DNA of 64,000 nucleotides, taken from assembly GCA_030141605.1 (NCBI GenBank), contig JAQGDQ010000251.1:1-64000 (forward strand), given 5' to 3'. This DNA comes from Tubiluchus corallicola. Lineage: Eukaryota > Animalia > Priapulida. Numbering within the stretch: position 1 is the first letter of the stretch; the number at the start of each line of letters is the position of its first letter. Shown here one piece after another: positions 27,919 to 42,369 of the stretch. A program made the position numbers and the translations under genes. The notes beneath the pieces are model-generated. The model worked only from the letters and a program-made list of their open reading frames with translations, was not told where the DNA came from and ran no database searches.

Positions 27919-29236
27919 TTTTACTCTGCTCTGCCTGCTCGATTCGTTTGTCTTTTTACCATTTCAGGAAATTAAATTTTGACCTTGGCCCACTTAAAGT
28001 CAATAATTACAGCACTATAGTCATTCCCCTTTATGGTACTACAAATAGCTTAAGCTTCGTTTCACATTTTGGCTTTTATGTTTTAAATGACGTTTGCTCT
28101 TAAGCCATTCAATCAAGGTCAACCATTGAGGCAATGACCCCTCCGCCAACAGGTAATTCAAATTACTTAAGCATAATAACTTACTTAAGTTAAGTTAGAT
28201 ATATGAATTATTTAAATTTTGTTAATCAATTTTTTACAGTGAGTGAGTCTCTTCAAAGTACATTGTTGAGTTGGAACTGATCTAAAATTACAGATATTAT
28301 CTATTATGACCCAACAGATACTATGTTTCACATATAAAACAAGAAAAGGCCTAGAAAGTATTTCCGCATAAGTACTTCATTTCTTCATTTATTGCCTTCA
28401 CTTGCATTTATTTTTTGCTGTATTGGTTTTGTTTAATTTAATTACAAAAACTAAGAAATTGCTATTGGCTTACAGTGATTTTAATCTGACTATCTTTAAA
28501 CGCTAATTTTGATGTTTAGTAATGAAATTTCTCAACTTCTATTGCGACATCCAAGTCACGTGTTCGGAAGAACATTTCTCTGCTCTTAGCGGCCCTGCAT
28601 GCTAAAGACTACAAATTTGACAACCGCACTCTTGACACTAATTGGCGCATTCCATTAAATGCGCCGAGACGGGCAAAAGAGAGTCTCCTAACTTTTTAAT
28701 TCAGGAGACGATACCCAGCGGGCACAAAGCGTAATTCCACAGCAGCAAGTAACTGGTGTTAGGTGTGGAATTCCCAATGAGAATTTCATTTTAGCACATT
28801 GTATTGCAATTACTGTGCGCCGAGACTGTCTGAATGTCTAACACGAATGAGGCTGTGGCAGTTATGCAAGTGGTAATTGAAGAAGCCATTGAAAGATAAC
28901 AAAATTACTCTAGCCATTTAAATGTTACTGCCTGTGAAAGCAAGAAATTATGTAATAGAGGGCGCTTTTATGCATGTTACTTAACGTACACGTGAGCGGT
29001 AAATACGGTTTTTAACCCAAATAATTTATCCAACGAATTCATTAATTTGTCATAGCTCTTCCGATTCGCGAGAATTCCGAGAAACATAACGTTCCATAAC
29101 TTGGATGATGATATTATGTCATTACGTAAGTTAACAACTCTCACTCTACGCTCCAAGTAACTACAAATGTCGCCATTCATTTACCAAAATTGTCTTTCAC
29201 GTTAGTGTTAGGCTTTAGATAAGGGCACACTAATAG

Positions 29237-29630
<394 letters not shown>

Positions 29631-29829
29631 TTTTGATACAAACAAACACTTTGCAAGTTAAAATCCAACACACAGTTAATGTAGGTAGTTTTCAAACGAC
29701 CGAACGAATGACCGAACGTCCTGTTCTCGGTCACAAACACATATAATAAGCAAACCAATATAATTAAACGAAGCACCTCTAAGAGAGGCAAACTGTTTAA
29801 AGTTCAATCTGTGATTTAAAAAGTTTTAT

Positions 29830-30776
29830 AAAAAAGTACAATTTACTTGGCGCTAAGAATAGATACCATTGAAACCTTTGCAGCATTATTATTTTTACTT
29901 GTGATCACGTAATTGTCTATTTCGTATCATTCAAAATGAGGTGTTGATTTTTTGGTGCCTTAAGAAAAAGGCCACATCACCCAAAAACCGACAAATTTGT
30001 CAGGTTCTCAGCTGCAAACTTGAACTTCGAGCTATGCATTAAAATTTGTAAAGCATCAGTTACTGCACGCCGTACAGGTATGGAAAACATCTCTGCACTT
30101 TTACACGTATACTCGATTCAACCCGATCGGGCAAGATCGGTTATTAATTTTACAGCTTGCCGTAAAGGTAGACCTAGATATAGGGTAAACTGATGTAAAA
30201 ACATTAATTATAATTACCAATCTTGGCATTGACAGAGTCAATGGACACCTTGACACACCGAAACCACTACAGTATGTTGCAATAGTTACTTACGGGTTTC
30301 ACGTGTTAGCCTGGTAATTTCTGCATGCCGTGAACACCCCCCGGTATTAACCTGGTGTTCTTTTTTCGCACATCCACCCCTGTTTAACGCTTTTAATATA
30401 AATCAGTGCTTTGATAAATCATCTCATAATGACATAAACTGTAGTGATTTGTCGGCTATTTGTCATCTGCTCATTGGCAGTTTCTCATTCTATCGCCACT
30501 CATATATCATCTATTAACGACTCACTGGAGATCTCCATGTCAACAAATTATTTAATTCGGTTGTGTTTTACTATGCTAAGACAATCAGCCTACTCATTGA
30601 TGCTGACAACTTTTATAACTTTGGGAGATAAAACCAAAAATTTATACCTTCCAGGGAAACAAATTATTGGACGAACCAAAAACGAAAATTCAATTTTCAG
30701 CCTTCGCGGGTCGTTCATCATCACTTACATGGTGTATTTCGCCATGAGCTGTCACTTCAAACCAAGCAACAAATAA
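29830..30776 (+). pseudogene. Candidate degenerate LRR gene relic(s)
   Basis: RIDTIETFAALLFLLVIT*LSISY, LSGSQLQT*TSSYALKF, and a 110-codon ORF 30444-30776 with a hydrophobic start and KTKNLYLPGKQI. Confidence 0.33.
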
Positions 30777-31179
30777 GTTTTTAAGTTTTTCTTACAGTTA
30801 TAGGGCAATCTGTCTTCCTAAGGTATTGTAGTTGTATAATTAGGCTAAGTGCATTAACGCATGAGTCGTATATACAAGTGAGTTGTTCAATAATTTTTGA
30901 GTAAAACTTGAGTCATTTCTCTCTATGATAATTATTACCTTCATTTTTTTATTCTCAAGAAAAAGTTTTGTTTTTGTTTTGGGCGCTTGTGCATTTTATT
31001 ATTTTTCGAAAACTAATTGGACTCTGATATCACAATGCAAGAAGCAAGTTTTATGTTTTAACTCTAAATCTCAATAATTTTCAGCTAGAGCCATTCATAC
31101 AGAGCATAATATGCAAATCAATGAACGTAACCGTTAAAATTAATGTTACGGGGGCGAAATGCCATTTATTTTCGACTCA

Positions 31180-31755
31180 CCCCCTCTACAATGTGGTGGT
31201 CTCGTCGATTCGAAGCCATTACACAGTGGCATTGAATACCAGATATAAAACCGTCGCTACGGAATGGCCCCGACAACCAGTGAGCTGACGGGCAGGTGTG
31301 TTTTCCACGTTAGCATCTGTTCCGTAATGACAACCAGTATGGAGAACAATGGATTAGATTTCTGGCGATTTGCTTAATTCTATAATTTCGCTTTACATTA
31401 ATAACATAATGTTAAGTAACACGATGTTAGTGCATAAAATTACAAACGTAATGTGTACTTTGCCGTAGTTTTCTTGCGTATTGCCCCATTGTTGCTACTA
31501 TGGCACTATTACAAGTGAAGCCAGTTTTTCGGGTAAACCCCTACAATTCATCGCCTCTTACGAAGCCATGACATATCAGGATTGCATACCAGGTGTAAAA
31601 CTACTGATATGGAATGGCCTCGTAGATTCAGTTGGTGAGCGGCTAGGTGTGGAAGGGTAGGTGTGTTTTCCACATCAGCACTTACCCTGTGATCGCATGC
31701 CAGCGTGTTTGAAGTCTGGCAGTTTCTTCCTATAAATTTCCTGCATTTAATTCGC
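31180..31755 (+). repeat. Diverged tandem duplication, period about 350-360 bp
   Basis: cgaagccat..ataccag..ggaatggcc..aggtgtgttttccac..tctggc occurs at about 31180-31400 and 31538-31755. Confidence 0.8.
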
Positions 31756-32329
31756 ATCTGTACGTCGTTTTGATCCCCGACCTTTTGTCCGCCGTCATTA
31801 CAATATTTTAAAACTGTTACAATTTTGGTTTCATCATTTTTATGCTAGAGGTCAGGCATGTAGCAATGCAATTCTGTAACCAGCAATTTTACTAAGGCTG
31901 TCAAGTACGTTGTTAATCTAGTGTATCGCTACGTATTTATCAAAAAAGAGAACGCGAGACACACATAGTGAGACATCTTTCTTTGCATTATTCATTGTCC
32001 TTACCCTAACCAATGCCATAGAAGTAGGAACCTACAAGCATATTAGGCAAAATAGAAAATCGTTAATTATCTTTATTAAAGCCAGAAAAACACTGTATTG
32101 TTATCAATAATCAGCAAAGTAAGTAAAAATTTATTTCAAGTCGATTATTTACATGAAAACACGAGCCATAATAACGGTTTTTATCGATTATAATTAAATT
32201 AAAAACTTACGTTCCTACATAAACATATGTTTAAATACACATTACGATATAGCTGTATAAGACGCACACTCAATCTAGACAAATCTTATAGGCTAAAAGC
32301 TGATGTAAAAATGAATCATAAAACATTAC

Positions 32330-32760
32330 TTAATTAGTCCCTACTGATTTTCTTCAAATATATAAGTGATCAATCTGATTAGAGAGAAGTGAAAGGTTAA
32401 ACACAGATTTCACTTAAAAAACGTATTTAATTATGGCTTGCAATATTTACATAAATAAGTTTTGCCATTCCATTTACTCAGTTGTTTCAAAAATATCTTT
32501 GAAAGTATTTGCTTTTTTGCAAGAATCTGGTAAACTGTTCCACGTTTTGGGGCCTCTGTATTGTTTGTGATAAATTAAAGTGATATAAAGTAGTCGCCTG
32601 TAGTGCTGCGTGTATAGGAGAAGAAGAAGTGATGTAATACCTCCCTGATACATCTCAACAAATGTAACCAAAATGACAAGATGAATTAGTTTCATAAACA
32701 AGTTGCTATTGTGCAATTTGTGATATTTCTTAGGACTTAGTAAAAAAATTCTGAGTAAGT
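32330..32760 (-). mobile_element. CR1/L2-group LINE 3' fragment
   Basis: QYRGPKTWNSLPDSCKKANTFK. Confidence 0.7.
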
Positions 32761-32923
32761 TTTTGATATAGCTTCACTTCGCTACTCAAAAATCTGTCTC
32801 TACTTATTTCACTTAGTCCTAGTCCATGCATAAGTGAGCCATGGTAATTATTTTAGCACCTCCCTTAGTTTCACTATTTAAGAGCAATTTAATCAATTAA
32901 ATTTACCGAGTGCGTTATCCATC

Positions 32924-33400
32924 ATGTCGGCCCGTCGACACAAGCATTGCTGCCAGCAGGTCAATCAGCATAAGCATATAGAGGCTGATGCATATCGTTT
33001 CATTAAAAGAATTTCAGATTTTTTCCCAAAAAGCACAATTAACACGACCAATGCCACGAATATCTCTGCCTATATTGCGCCATACGTTTGCCCAGTTCAG
33101 AATTATTCGTTTCACCCGATTGTTTTGATTTTATCCCGAATTCTATTATCCCGGATTTTAAATCCGCCGTTAGTCAAGATAAAAATATTCCTGCCTAATA
33201 GCATAATGCCACTTATACTGACACTCTTCTGCATTTATCAGAGGCCGGGTAAGCAGCATTTCATGACATTTTCATCAAATTGCTGCTACTCTTAATCAAA
33301 AGTAGCTTTGAACTGCTACAGACAGCCGCGCTATTAATCAACGGCCGTTTTCATTACTTTGCAAACGCAACGCAAATCATGAATAAAATGCTAAAATTAT
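32924..33400 (+). pseudogene. Candidate degenerate LRR fragment
   Basis: 123-codon ORF with HKHIEADAYRFIKRISDFF (exact LRR spacing), PVQNYSFHPI and KIFLPNSI. Confidence 0.42.
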
Positions 33401-33539
33401 CCGAGGCCTGCTCTTAGCGCCCGTTTAAGTGAAACCGCTTTAATTTGGGTTACTATAACTTAATATTGAGAATTACGTTGCTGTTGCCAAAATCCAGGCC
33501 ATTTTGTAACTCATAAATGACAGGCTTCATAATATTAGA

Positions 33540-33920
33540 TGCTCATAATATTAAAATTGATAATCTGTCAGCAAATGAGCCCGTTTATCTGCTTTTTCAT
33601 GGCAATCCACACTTAAGCATAACTGTTAATATTCAAGTATGTAAGCTTGTACAGAAATTTATATTTCTAACTAAGCGCTTCTAACCATTGTATTAGTTTA
33701 CATTGTTTGATAGTCATATTAATGTGATCTCAACAATATGTCATGTATGTATATACTGCTAGTCATACTGTAATGCTTCTACTGTTTGTTTATTGTCTGC
33801 ACTCTTCTAAGTTTTACATTCCTTTGGCAAGAACATCTATCAATTGTAAAATTGTCTGTTCAAGATCATTGTAATATATTATTGTCATATATTATTGTAA
33901 TCTTTGTTATTCAATAAAAG
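33540..33920 (+). mobile_element. CR1-group LINE 3' end
   Basis: YLLFHGNPHLSITVNIQVCKLVQKFIFLTKRF*, then a UTR ending aataaaa. Confidence 0.75.
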
Positions 33921-35279
33921 TACGTTTAAACTAACTAAATGACAGGCCTAATTAGGCCTAATTACACACTAACATATACTACTAATATGAACTATGAAAC
34001 GATTTTTGCCATAACACCGTCTCTTCGCCTATTCAACGATGTGCTTATGCTTTAAAAGTTTAGTGTCGCTGTCAAACAACAAAACATTGGCTATCAAAAA
34101 TAATGTCATATTTTTATCAAAGTGCTGGAAATTTTGTATTAACTTTGATGTAAAAATAAGCTTTAAAATAATCGACTATTGCTTAAAGGTTAGTGTAAGC
34201 GATTCAAAACTTTAGTCGAGAATGATAAATGACAAAATGTTTAACTATTTATAAACGCAAAGACATTTTTTACAAAAAATTCCAATTAACATGCAGTATT
34301 AATTGCCACAAATACTGTAAAATACATCGAAGTCGTAATACAGCTAAATCATACTTTATTCCGTGGTTCAAGTTACAAGACTAAAATTTTAAGTCTGCAG
34401 CAAATGAAATAATAAACTGGCGATGCCTAGGAAAAAGTGACAAACTTGACTGTGCAGCGCCATCTCTTATTTGGATTACGTCATTACCTAGTTCAAATCA
34501 CCATAACTTTCTACTCTTTAAATCAGGCAAGCTTTTGTTTTGAATTAACTGGTACGTATCTGTACATCTTTCCTTGGGAATTTAGACTTCATATCCGCTC
34601 TTTGTAAGTAAGAAAAGAAGGTTGTGTGAAGTGACTTTTGCTAAAAATTAACAAATTATTATGACGACATCAATACGTTCCCAAATTAGCTGGCGTGATC
34701 TCGACTAGTCCACATTGTCAGTGTTTCCAACTCATTACGCGCAATGGGTGATTGGTCCCTAATGGTTTATAAAAATTCTGACAATCACAGTCATAATTAG
34801 TTAACAATTAGTAAATTTTATATGACATTTACAACTTCTGTTCTACATACGGGGCACTGTCTGTAATGCTCGAATGGGTCACACTTACTAAATTTTTTAT
34901 CGTACTCTTAGGAGTAAGTTAGTATTTTCTAAAAACAGTTTATACAGTCAAATCGTTTTGTTCGTTTGGTTATTCGAAACAGTTTGCTCTCTAGAAGGAT
35001 CTGGGATGCTTTTATAAATGGAAAACAGTTGACATCTTGTTTGCTGTGTTACTCGTTTGCATGTCGTAATATAAATACACAATGATTGAGTTAGGTACTA
35101 AACTAATTAAACTTAAGTAGTTTATTAATAATTAACTGAAGTCGATTCGTCGGAATTCAGTTTTATTTAATTTCAAATTAAAATTAACGTTTCTGACCGC
35201 ATAATGCAACATTTATTTGCATTTTTGTTGAACCATTTAGTCAGAATTATTATTACAAAGACTAGATATGAGACTGCTA

Positions 35280-35570
35280 TAGTCATCGTCATCAGTCATC
35301 ATCGTCATCATTGTCATCATCATCATCATCATCACCATCATCGCCATCGTCATTATCATCATCATGTTATCATAATCATGATCACCACCGCCGCTACCAC
35401 CACCACCACATCATCATCATTAACATTGTCATTATTATTATTATTACTATTATCGTCGTCATCATCATTGTCGTCATCGTTATGATCAGTCTTCGTCCTG
35501 TTTCTTGTTTTCTTCTTTTTTGTTGTTCTTATTCTTCTTTTTGTCCTTCTTATTCTTCTCTTCCTTCAAC
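35280..35570. repeat. (CAT/CAC/TTA/TTC)n low-complexity tract
   Basis: Visible arrays. Confidence 0.9.
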
Positions 35571-35589
35571 TTCACCATGTGACTAAGGA

Positions 35590-36240
35590 AAAGCTGGCAT
35601 ATCTAACCGGCAAAAACAAAATTTTGTTTGCTTTCCTTTGTGCGAAACACTCAGTAACCAATAGAAATGGCAACAGGCTCTAAATGACACCTGGCCTGTA
35701 TCGCAAACAAATCTGCCATAAATAAATTTACTCAAGCCTGTGTACAACTCACACCTGAATTACGCACATCAAAAGAAACGTCTAATTAAATATCGGCATG
35801 AGAGGAAAATAGAGCAAATCATTAGACATTAGACAAAACAAACAGGCTATTCCATTAGTTTTTAATTTACCAAGTATTGGTTTAGCGCATAGCCAGGCTA
35901 ATATCACGTCTTTCATTTAGCAACCTGGGAAAACTTTGCTCTAACAGCGACCCTTGCTTTGTAGTAACCCATTAAGGTTATATAACTGTAGAAGACACTC
36001 TGCCAGGACGGGACGTAGTCGAAATGTGGTATCCAGAACCATTTTTTAAACAAGAATCTGTTAATGAACCGTATTACAGGTTTTTGATGTTTTCAGATGT
36101 TGTAACAGTATCGATCAGTTCAGGAAAATTACATGTTCAAGTTTATACTCTAGTGTTTATTTGTTCGTACACTAAAAATGACTCTAGTGCCTACTTATTT
36201 GAATATTATTTGAAAGTCCGGAGCAAAACACAAAAGTGAT
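35590..36240 (+). pseudogene. Candidate degenerate LRR gene relic
   Basis: NGNRL*MTPGLY, QAIPLVFNLPSI, SRLSFSNLGKLCS and LLCSNPL in shifting frames. Confidence 0.38.
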
Positions 36241-38394
36241 GTATGAATAAATCTTAAAAACAACTGCGTCGTGATTTTGACATTTAAAGTTTTCTTAATA
36301 AACCTGCTTGCAGCATTTTATAAATGTTATTAATAGAATGCATGTTAATTTTATTCATTAGGCAGAGAGCTAGTAGCACACACATTATACCAAGATGTGG
36401 GTTGGAGTCACGAGTTGGATGTTAAGTGACGGTCTTGAATTGCTATTATCGCGCTTAGTAACCGAAATGCGACCTGCTCAGGATATTTACTATCTAAATA
36501 CTTTTTAAACATTCACAAAAGGTGCACCGCAAAAATAAAAAATACGTGTAACATGAACAAATTTGGCATCATGTAAAGTCAATTTAGAAATTTCCTCCAA
36601 CAATTTCCAAACTGGTACTCATAGCTATTCACAGTTAGCATTTCCTATTCACAATAATAATGAAACATTTATGTATAATAAATTATTTACCGAAACTTAA
36701 ACACACAAAACTCAAACTAAGTTATATTATGGCCTTATAATTATCCCCGTAGCCTTACAATAATCTGTGGCCACAAGTGGGGTACTACTACCTGTTCATA
36801 ACACACCTGCTTACATGAAACTAGACTGGTATATCATAATTATTATTACTGTGCGAGTTATAAATTACCATATAAAAACAATGTAATAGCCTGTTATTAT
36901 TTATTGTTCACGAAAACAACAATAACATATGTGTGTCTCTGATTCATAAAATAACGCTCGATTTTCAAACAGACGATTATTTTCGACAATTAATGCTATT
37001 TAGATAGGATAAGGAATTAGGACACCTCAGTGCCAAATTTTTATTTTGTTTTCACTATTGTTTTTACAGTTACTATCATTTCGTGTTCGCTTGTACAATT
37101 ATTTTTATTCGGAGTATAATAAGTTAAATGAGGAGAAAAAGCAACATTAAACTACTTCTGAAAATTACTTACATTTAAGCTTGCTTTTTTGGAAGACTTA
37201 TGTAACTAGAAAATGAAATTCTTAATAATTTAAAATGTTCGCACCTTCCCAGTGTACACCACTCACCAAAAAAATTATTTTTAATGTTATTGACAAGATA
37301 GAGTAATTTAAAATTTGCTTAGTTAGTGAAGGTGTGATACGAATGCTGTGATTATTTTTTCAAACTTTACACAACATTACCTAAACTTGTTTCAAACGAC
37401 TTACCGTCGAAATGGCTGCGCCACATGGTCATCGCGGGAGTTTAAATTTACAAGTTTCATACAGTGTTACTGGTAACGCAAGCCCTGTGTGCAATAAGAC
37501 AGCATTTCAAGAAGAATTTTTTAAGCTTTTTGTTTATGAATTTTTGTTAATTTATTGTATAATAAAATTAATATACGATTCTGTTTGCCTATATTCTCTG
37601 CTTTTTTGTCTTAATTTCTTAGCGATGCCAGACTGTTCATTTGACTAACTCAAACCTCACTAAGAACGAAACCAACGCCAAACGCGCGAGAAGTAATAGA
37701 CCTAATTTCCCTCATAGTGTAGCAATTACGTTCAAATCTTATCTGGGAGTAAGAAAAAAAGGTTTTTGTTCAAACAAGAAATAATACTAGTATCACGCGG
37801 TATTGCAGCTGACAAGCGGACAATGCATGAATGGCAGAGCTCACAAAGGCTTGAATGAAGACTGAAAATGAGATCATGTTGTTGAAGAATAAAACAGACA
37901 GGAGATTGGCACTTAATTTTATTTAATTTTTGAAAACTTTATGTCTCGTGCATTTTTATTAAATTATTGAACGCGCGGGAAATGTTAAAACTGGCTTTGT
38001 GACATGTTGCAAAGGCCTATATAATTACAGCCTACAGAAATTATTTAGCACAAAATTTGGTAAGCCTTGATACATCTTCGCTTATATAGAGTGCCAAACT
38101 TGTAATTATTTTCGAAAACTTTACAAAATTTTACTAAATTATTTTATATAATGGTTTTATTTGTAGGTTTAAATGAAGCTTCCAAAATATTTTTAAACGC
38201 ACGCATACACAAGTTATCCTGTAATATTCAAATCACAGTCTGACTTCACCGTTTTGGGCAAATTTAGTTTATTTATTCAATTAATCTATATTCGTTTATT
38301 AAATCTATAAATTAGGTATCTTATACATGTATATCCATTCTTAATCAGTTTTAAATTGTCTTTATAAACGCATGAAGTGTTATAGCTATTAAAT

Positions 38395-38598
38395 TCGGAG
38401 AATCGCCGTTTTTCGTTGCGCGAGACGAATGACATAATAAATACAGTCTGAAGGTCACCTTTCTGATATGATAAACTGACATCGGTAACCAAAGACGCTT
38501 TCTCCACTTTTTACGTCATTCTCGCTCACTCGCGCCAGCGACGGGAAACATGGCGATCTTCACGGCAATGTACCGAAGTTCGCTATAAAATGGTAAGT
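38395..38598 (+). promoter_or_regulatory. CpG-rich promoter-like segment with a first exon ending ATG|gtaagt
   Basis: Local CpG enrichment, ttacgtca (CRE-like), aaacATGGCG (YY1-like), then ctataaaATG|gtaagt at 38590-38598. Confidence 0.4.
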
Positions 38599-39779
38599 TA
38601 TTTAATTTATCAGTTACTGTTATCAAAAAATAACTATAGATTCTTTATGTAACCATAATAATACGTTAAAAAACCTGAATGATTGTTGTGGTTATATAGG
38701 CCTTTAATTTCTCACTATCAAAAGTAATCTTCAAAATACTAGTGGAACTCAGTAAGACTTAATTTAAAAAACTTCCAATAATCATATATTAACGGAACTG
38801 TAGCAATCCCCGTCATTGATAGCTAATTGTTTTAGTTCTGCATGCTGTCACTTTCCACCTGCCATATTCGATCTCTGTGGTGTTTATAGACATTGTAGTG
38901 ATCTGATCTGAAAATGCAATCAAGCACTGAGCACCCGTAGGGAGTTCGATTCAGGACACTTCTTTATACTTATAATAAATATTGACTATTTACGTTATGC
39001 TATTGAATACAGTTTAAGTAGATAGCGAAGATAGTTTAAGTAGTATTATTTACGCTCAAAATTATAACATGAATTTGTTATACTTATATTGACACCATTT
39101 TTCATATTTTTTATACACAATATTTCTTGAAATTTCGAAAATTTAATTAGCAAATTAAGCTTCGAAAGCCCACAATTATGGAAAGAGAATTGGCTTCCTC
39201 TTTTTTAACAATTGTGAGAATTTTCATTAATTATACCTATTATGTCCTTTAAAATTAAATTTTACGTTTCTCAAAAATTTAGCTACTTTTCAAAGATGCT
39301 AAAAAAAGTTTTTATGGAATTTTTTTCGGTAAAAATGTTTTTTATTGCCCATTTCTGGCTGAAATACTACTAGAAGGAGCTCACGGAATTATATTTAAGA
39401 CATCAAGTTGTTGTTAAAAAGGAAAAAGCCTCAAAATTATCGTGACCCTAAATGGAAGCTTAGAAAATTTAAAAAAATCATTTTTAAGATTTGTCATTTT
39501 AGCAAAGCAAGACTTGCCCCAAATTTTGTTGAAAATTTGAAAACCCGGGCGTCAAAAGGGGCCGCGTTACAAAATAACAATTAGACCTAATAATTATGCC
39601 ATAGTAACGTTTTTTCCTGCATTGCAGACGCCTATTTAATGAAATGTTGTTGGCGAAAGCAGGAAAATTTAACATTACGTGTTGGGGAAGAACTCAAATT
39701 TAATTAGTAGATTACTGGGTGGGCAAATACTCTTTAACGCCGTTGCAGTAATGTGCTTAGGATAGATTAGAACCACTGC

Positions 39780-40046
39780 AAATATCAAGCAGTGCCGCTC
39801 CTAGAGAGAAATGTTAACATTCATAATCTTGTCTGGATGTGTGACCACATCTTGACTGAGACTTGTGTGAGTCGAGTGTCCTCTCATATTGCCAATATCG
39901 TGTTCGCATTGAATTGCATAAAGGTGCCGGTCGATTTTCAACACGTAGAATTGGAGATACATAAAGCTACTTATGTACATTTGCGTAAGAGCAAAACACT
40001 GTACGAAAGTCGTTTGAAAAGACTGCATGAAGTTTTTAGTCTATAA
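39780..40046 (+). pseudogene. Candidate degenerate LRR fragment
   Basis: LLERNVNIHNL, SHIANIVFALNCI, LEIHKATYVHLRK. Confidence 0.3.
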
Positions 40047-40369
40047 AACTTTTTTGTCGTCCCTTTTTTAAATTCGTTCATAAAGGCGCAAAATGTACTT
40101 ATACAAATTCATTTTTTGTTTAACTAGCCCGAAATGCGAAGCTTTGTGTTACTAGCATGTTACATTTTTCCTGACGAACTGCCTGGATGTGTTACTTAGA
40201 AAATCATTTACCGTTGTCGTAGATCCGTTTTTTTCGTGAATGTGTCACTTAGAACACCGTTTACCGTTATAATGAATTCGTTATTTCCTATAAATTAAGA
40301 ATGCGAGGTAATTCTGTTGTGACGTCATAATATTAAAAACCGAAAAAAACTTATTACGTGAACAAGGAG

Positions 40370-40575
40370 AACAACAATATCACATCACAGCGAAACAGAT
40401 CTCTTTATAGAGTGATTTCGCAAGCCAGGAATTCAAAATCGTTTTTTTGGTTTGCAATGATTATGTAATACTCACCACATGAAAATTTCGCCAGGCTTTA
40501 AGTTGTCTGTTGTAACGTGTAATAACGCTAGGAAATAATACAAAGGATTATTGTTTCCACATGGTTACTGCCTAC
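40370..40575 (+). mobile_element. Dispersed repeat end (Helentron/HINE-like), copy 3
   Basis: catcacagcgaaacagatctctttatagagtgatttcgcaagc; ttgtttcc..atggttac is shared with about 6050. Confidence 0.5.
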
Positions 40576-40740
40576 GACTTGTCCGATGTTAAATAATATT
40601 TTCTAAAGCATTCATTCCAATCTTTTGCGAGCTACTGTGCAATACACTAATACGTGCATTTATGAAAGAAATAATTAGACCTTTACCTCCCGTGTTTGTT
40701 ACAAGACCAGTAATAACTGAAATTTAACCAAAAGCAAAAG

Positions 40741-40885
40741 TAGTCCAACGGACAGAAGTCAAAGTTCCCATTAAGTCTCAAAAAATTTTATTTTTCAGTG
40801 CAGGAAGCGCAGATTGACGGGCAATGCAAAATAAAAAAAATTGGGACTTAACGGGCACTTTGACTTCTTTATGGTTATGACTATG
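40741..40885. mobile_element. Small MITE-like palindrome
   Basis: agaagtcaaagttcccattaagtctcaa (from 40754) is an imperfect inverse of ttgggacttaacgggcactttgacttct (to 40868). Confidence 0.75.
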
Positions 40886-41553
40886 ACAAGTCTCAGAAGA
40901 GCACTATCTTATTAGTCCAACATACATTGAAATATCAGAAAAAGCAATGATTATGCAATTACGTGATAGTAGTAGTGTTGTAGTAGTAGTAGTAGTAGTA
41001 ATAGTAGTAATAGTAAGAGTAGTAGTACATGGTAGTATTAGCAGTAATATCCTTTTATTGTAATGACTATTATCCAAATGTCATTTTAGATTATTTAAAA
41101 ATACAACATTTCGTATAATCACAGACATAACAATTATACACAAGAAATTGTCAATGGTAGTTACTTTTCCCTATTTGTTGTACGAATTGCACACAGTAAA
41201 AATAATATTATTTTTTATTCGTAAATGCCGTAGCATTGTTGCCGCACGAAAATTTGATTAGTTGTCTGAAACACGTATCTCTTCGTGTACGCAATAGACA
41301 ATAGCCGAGGAGTGTAAAATAGCTTTTTCTTCAAATTTACCAAAAAAGACTCTAAACTCCGCTAAATCAAAGGTTTTGCACACTGTTGAATGCACGTTGT
41401 CAAAAACTATTATACTGATTGATAATCAGTGGATTCGAACGCGAAAACTAATAGACATTCAGATTTATTAGCTGGATCCGTGACCTAACAGCCAAAGACT
41501 CGATCATAATATTTGTTGTGCAATGATTATGTAATAGTGTTCAATAGTTTCAG

Positions 41554-42090
41554 GGAACTGGCGCATTGTATGTAAGCCTGAAGTATGGAGAGCCCTGCGT
41601 TGAACCAAAATGGTTGTACGTTGCACGATGTTCCACCAGCGACACAATTGCTTTTCCACGACTCAACAATGTTGTGGAGAACCAACAAATTTTGGAGAAC
41701 GAAAGTCTTATGCACCACATAAACCAATACGTTACAGCATTTGAAAATCACTGGCACATAGGCAGAACCATTCAATTCGATCAATCAGTGTAAAGAAATA
41801 GCGTTATGGCATTCATGAAACAGGTGCCTTCGTAAATATGGAAGATTGGACAGACCTATCTGATCTGCTTTCCTCAAGATGGATCGTAAAACGAATCTTT
41901 GTTGAGCACTTTGTATGCATTGCCCCATGGTGGTACAATAATCTTGTCCAGAAGTAATTTTCGCACTTTCATGGCGTCTGAAATAAATCACCAAAGATCT
42001 CTTCCGGACCAGGGGCCTGTGTTGATAAATCCACGAACTTTTAAGCTGTGTCAACCTTCATCAGTCACACGAAATCTTTATTCCTTTAAT
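41554..42090 (+). pseudogene. Degenerate LRR exon in one frame with three TAA stops
   Basis: After gtttcag: EPCVEPKWLYVARC (Cys cap), ILENESLMHHINQYVTAFEN, WKIGQTYLICFPQDG, VLINPRTFKLC. ORFs 41566 and 41899 share a frame. Confidence 0.5.
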
Positions 42091-42369
42091 ATTGTCGTTA
42101 TTGGACACATGAACCTGTTAATAAGAACACGTATACGATTAATATAAATCATTACTTTTGGAAATCACTGTTCATATAATTGCATAATTAATTGCTATGT
42201 ATTTAGATCAGAGACTATATAATTTAATGAGCCAGTGAATTGTATTATATTTTTAAGCCCAATTTCACTCAAAAAAAGAAAATAGGAAAAAATTTAATAA
42301 GGAAATTAAAATCCAAGGGATGACACGCCATACAGGTTTAAGTCAGAGATAAAACACAACGCTTTGCAG

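Noticed and set aside
28230-28250. tttttacag|TGA|gtgagt 3-nt microexon
   Set aside because: Too short to distinguish from chance in T-rich sequence.
41527-42054. Minus-strand ORFs and a KVRGF string suggesting Maverick DNA polymerase
   Set aside because: There are no other polB motifs, and the plus-strand frame explains the island better.
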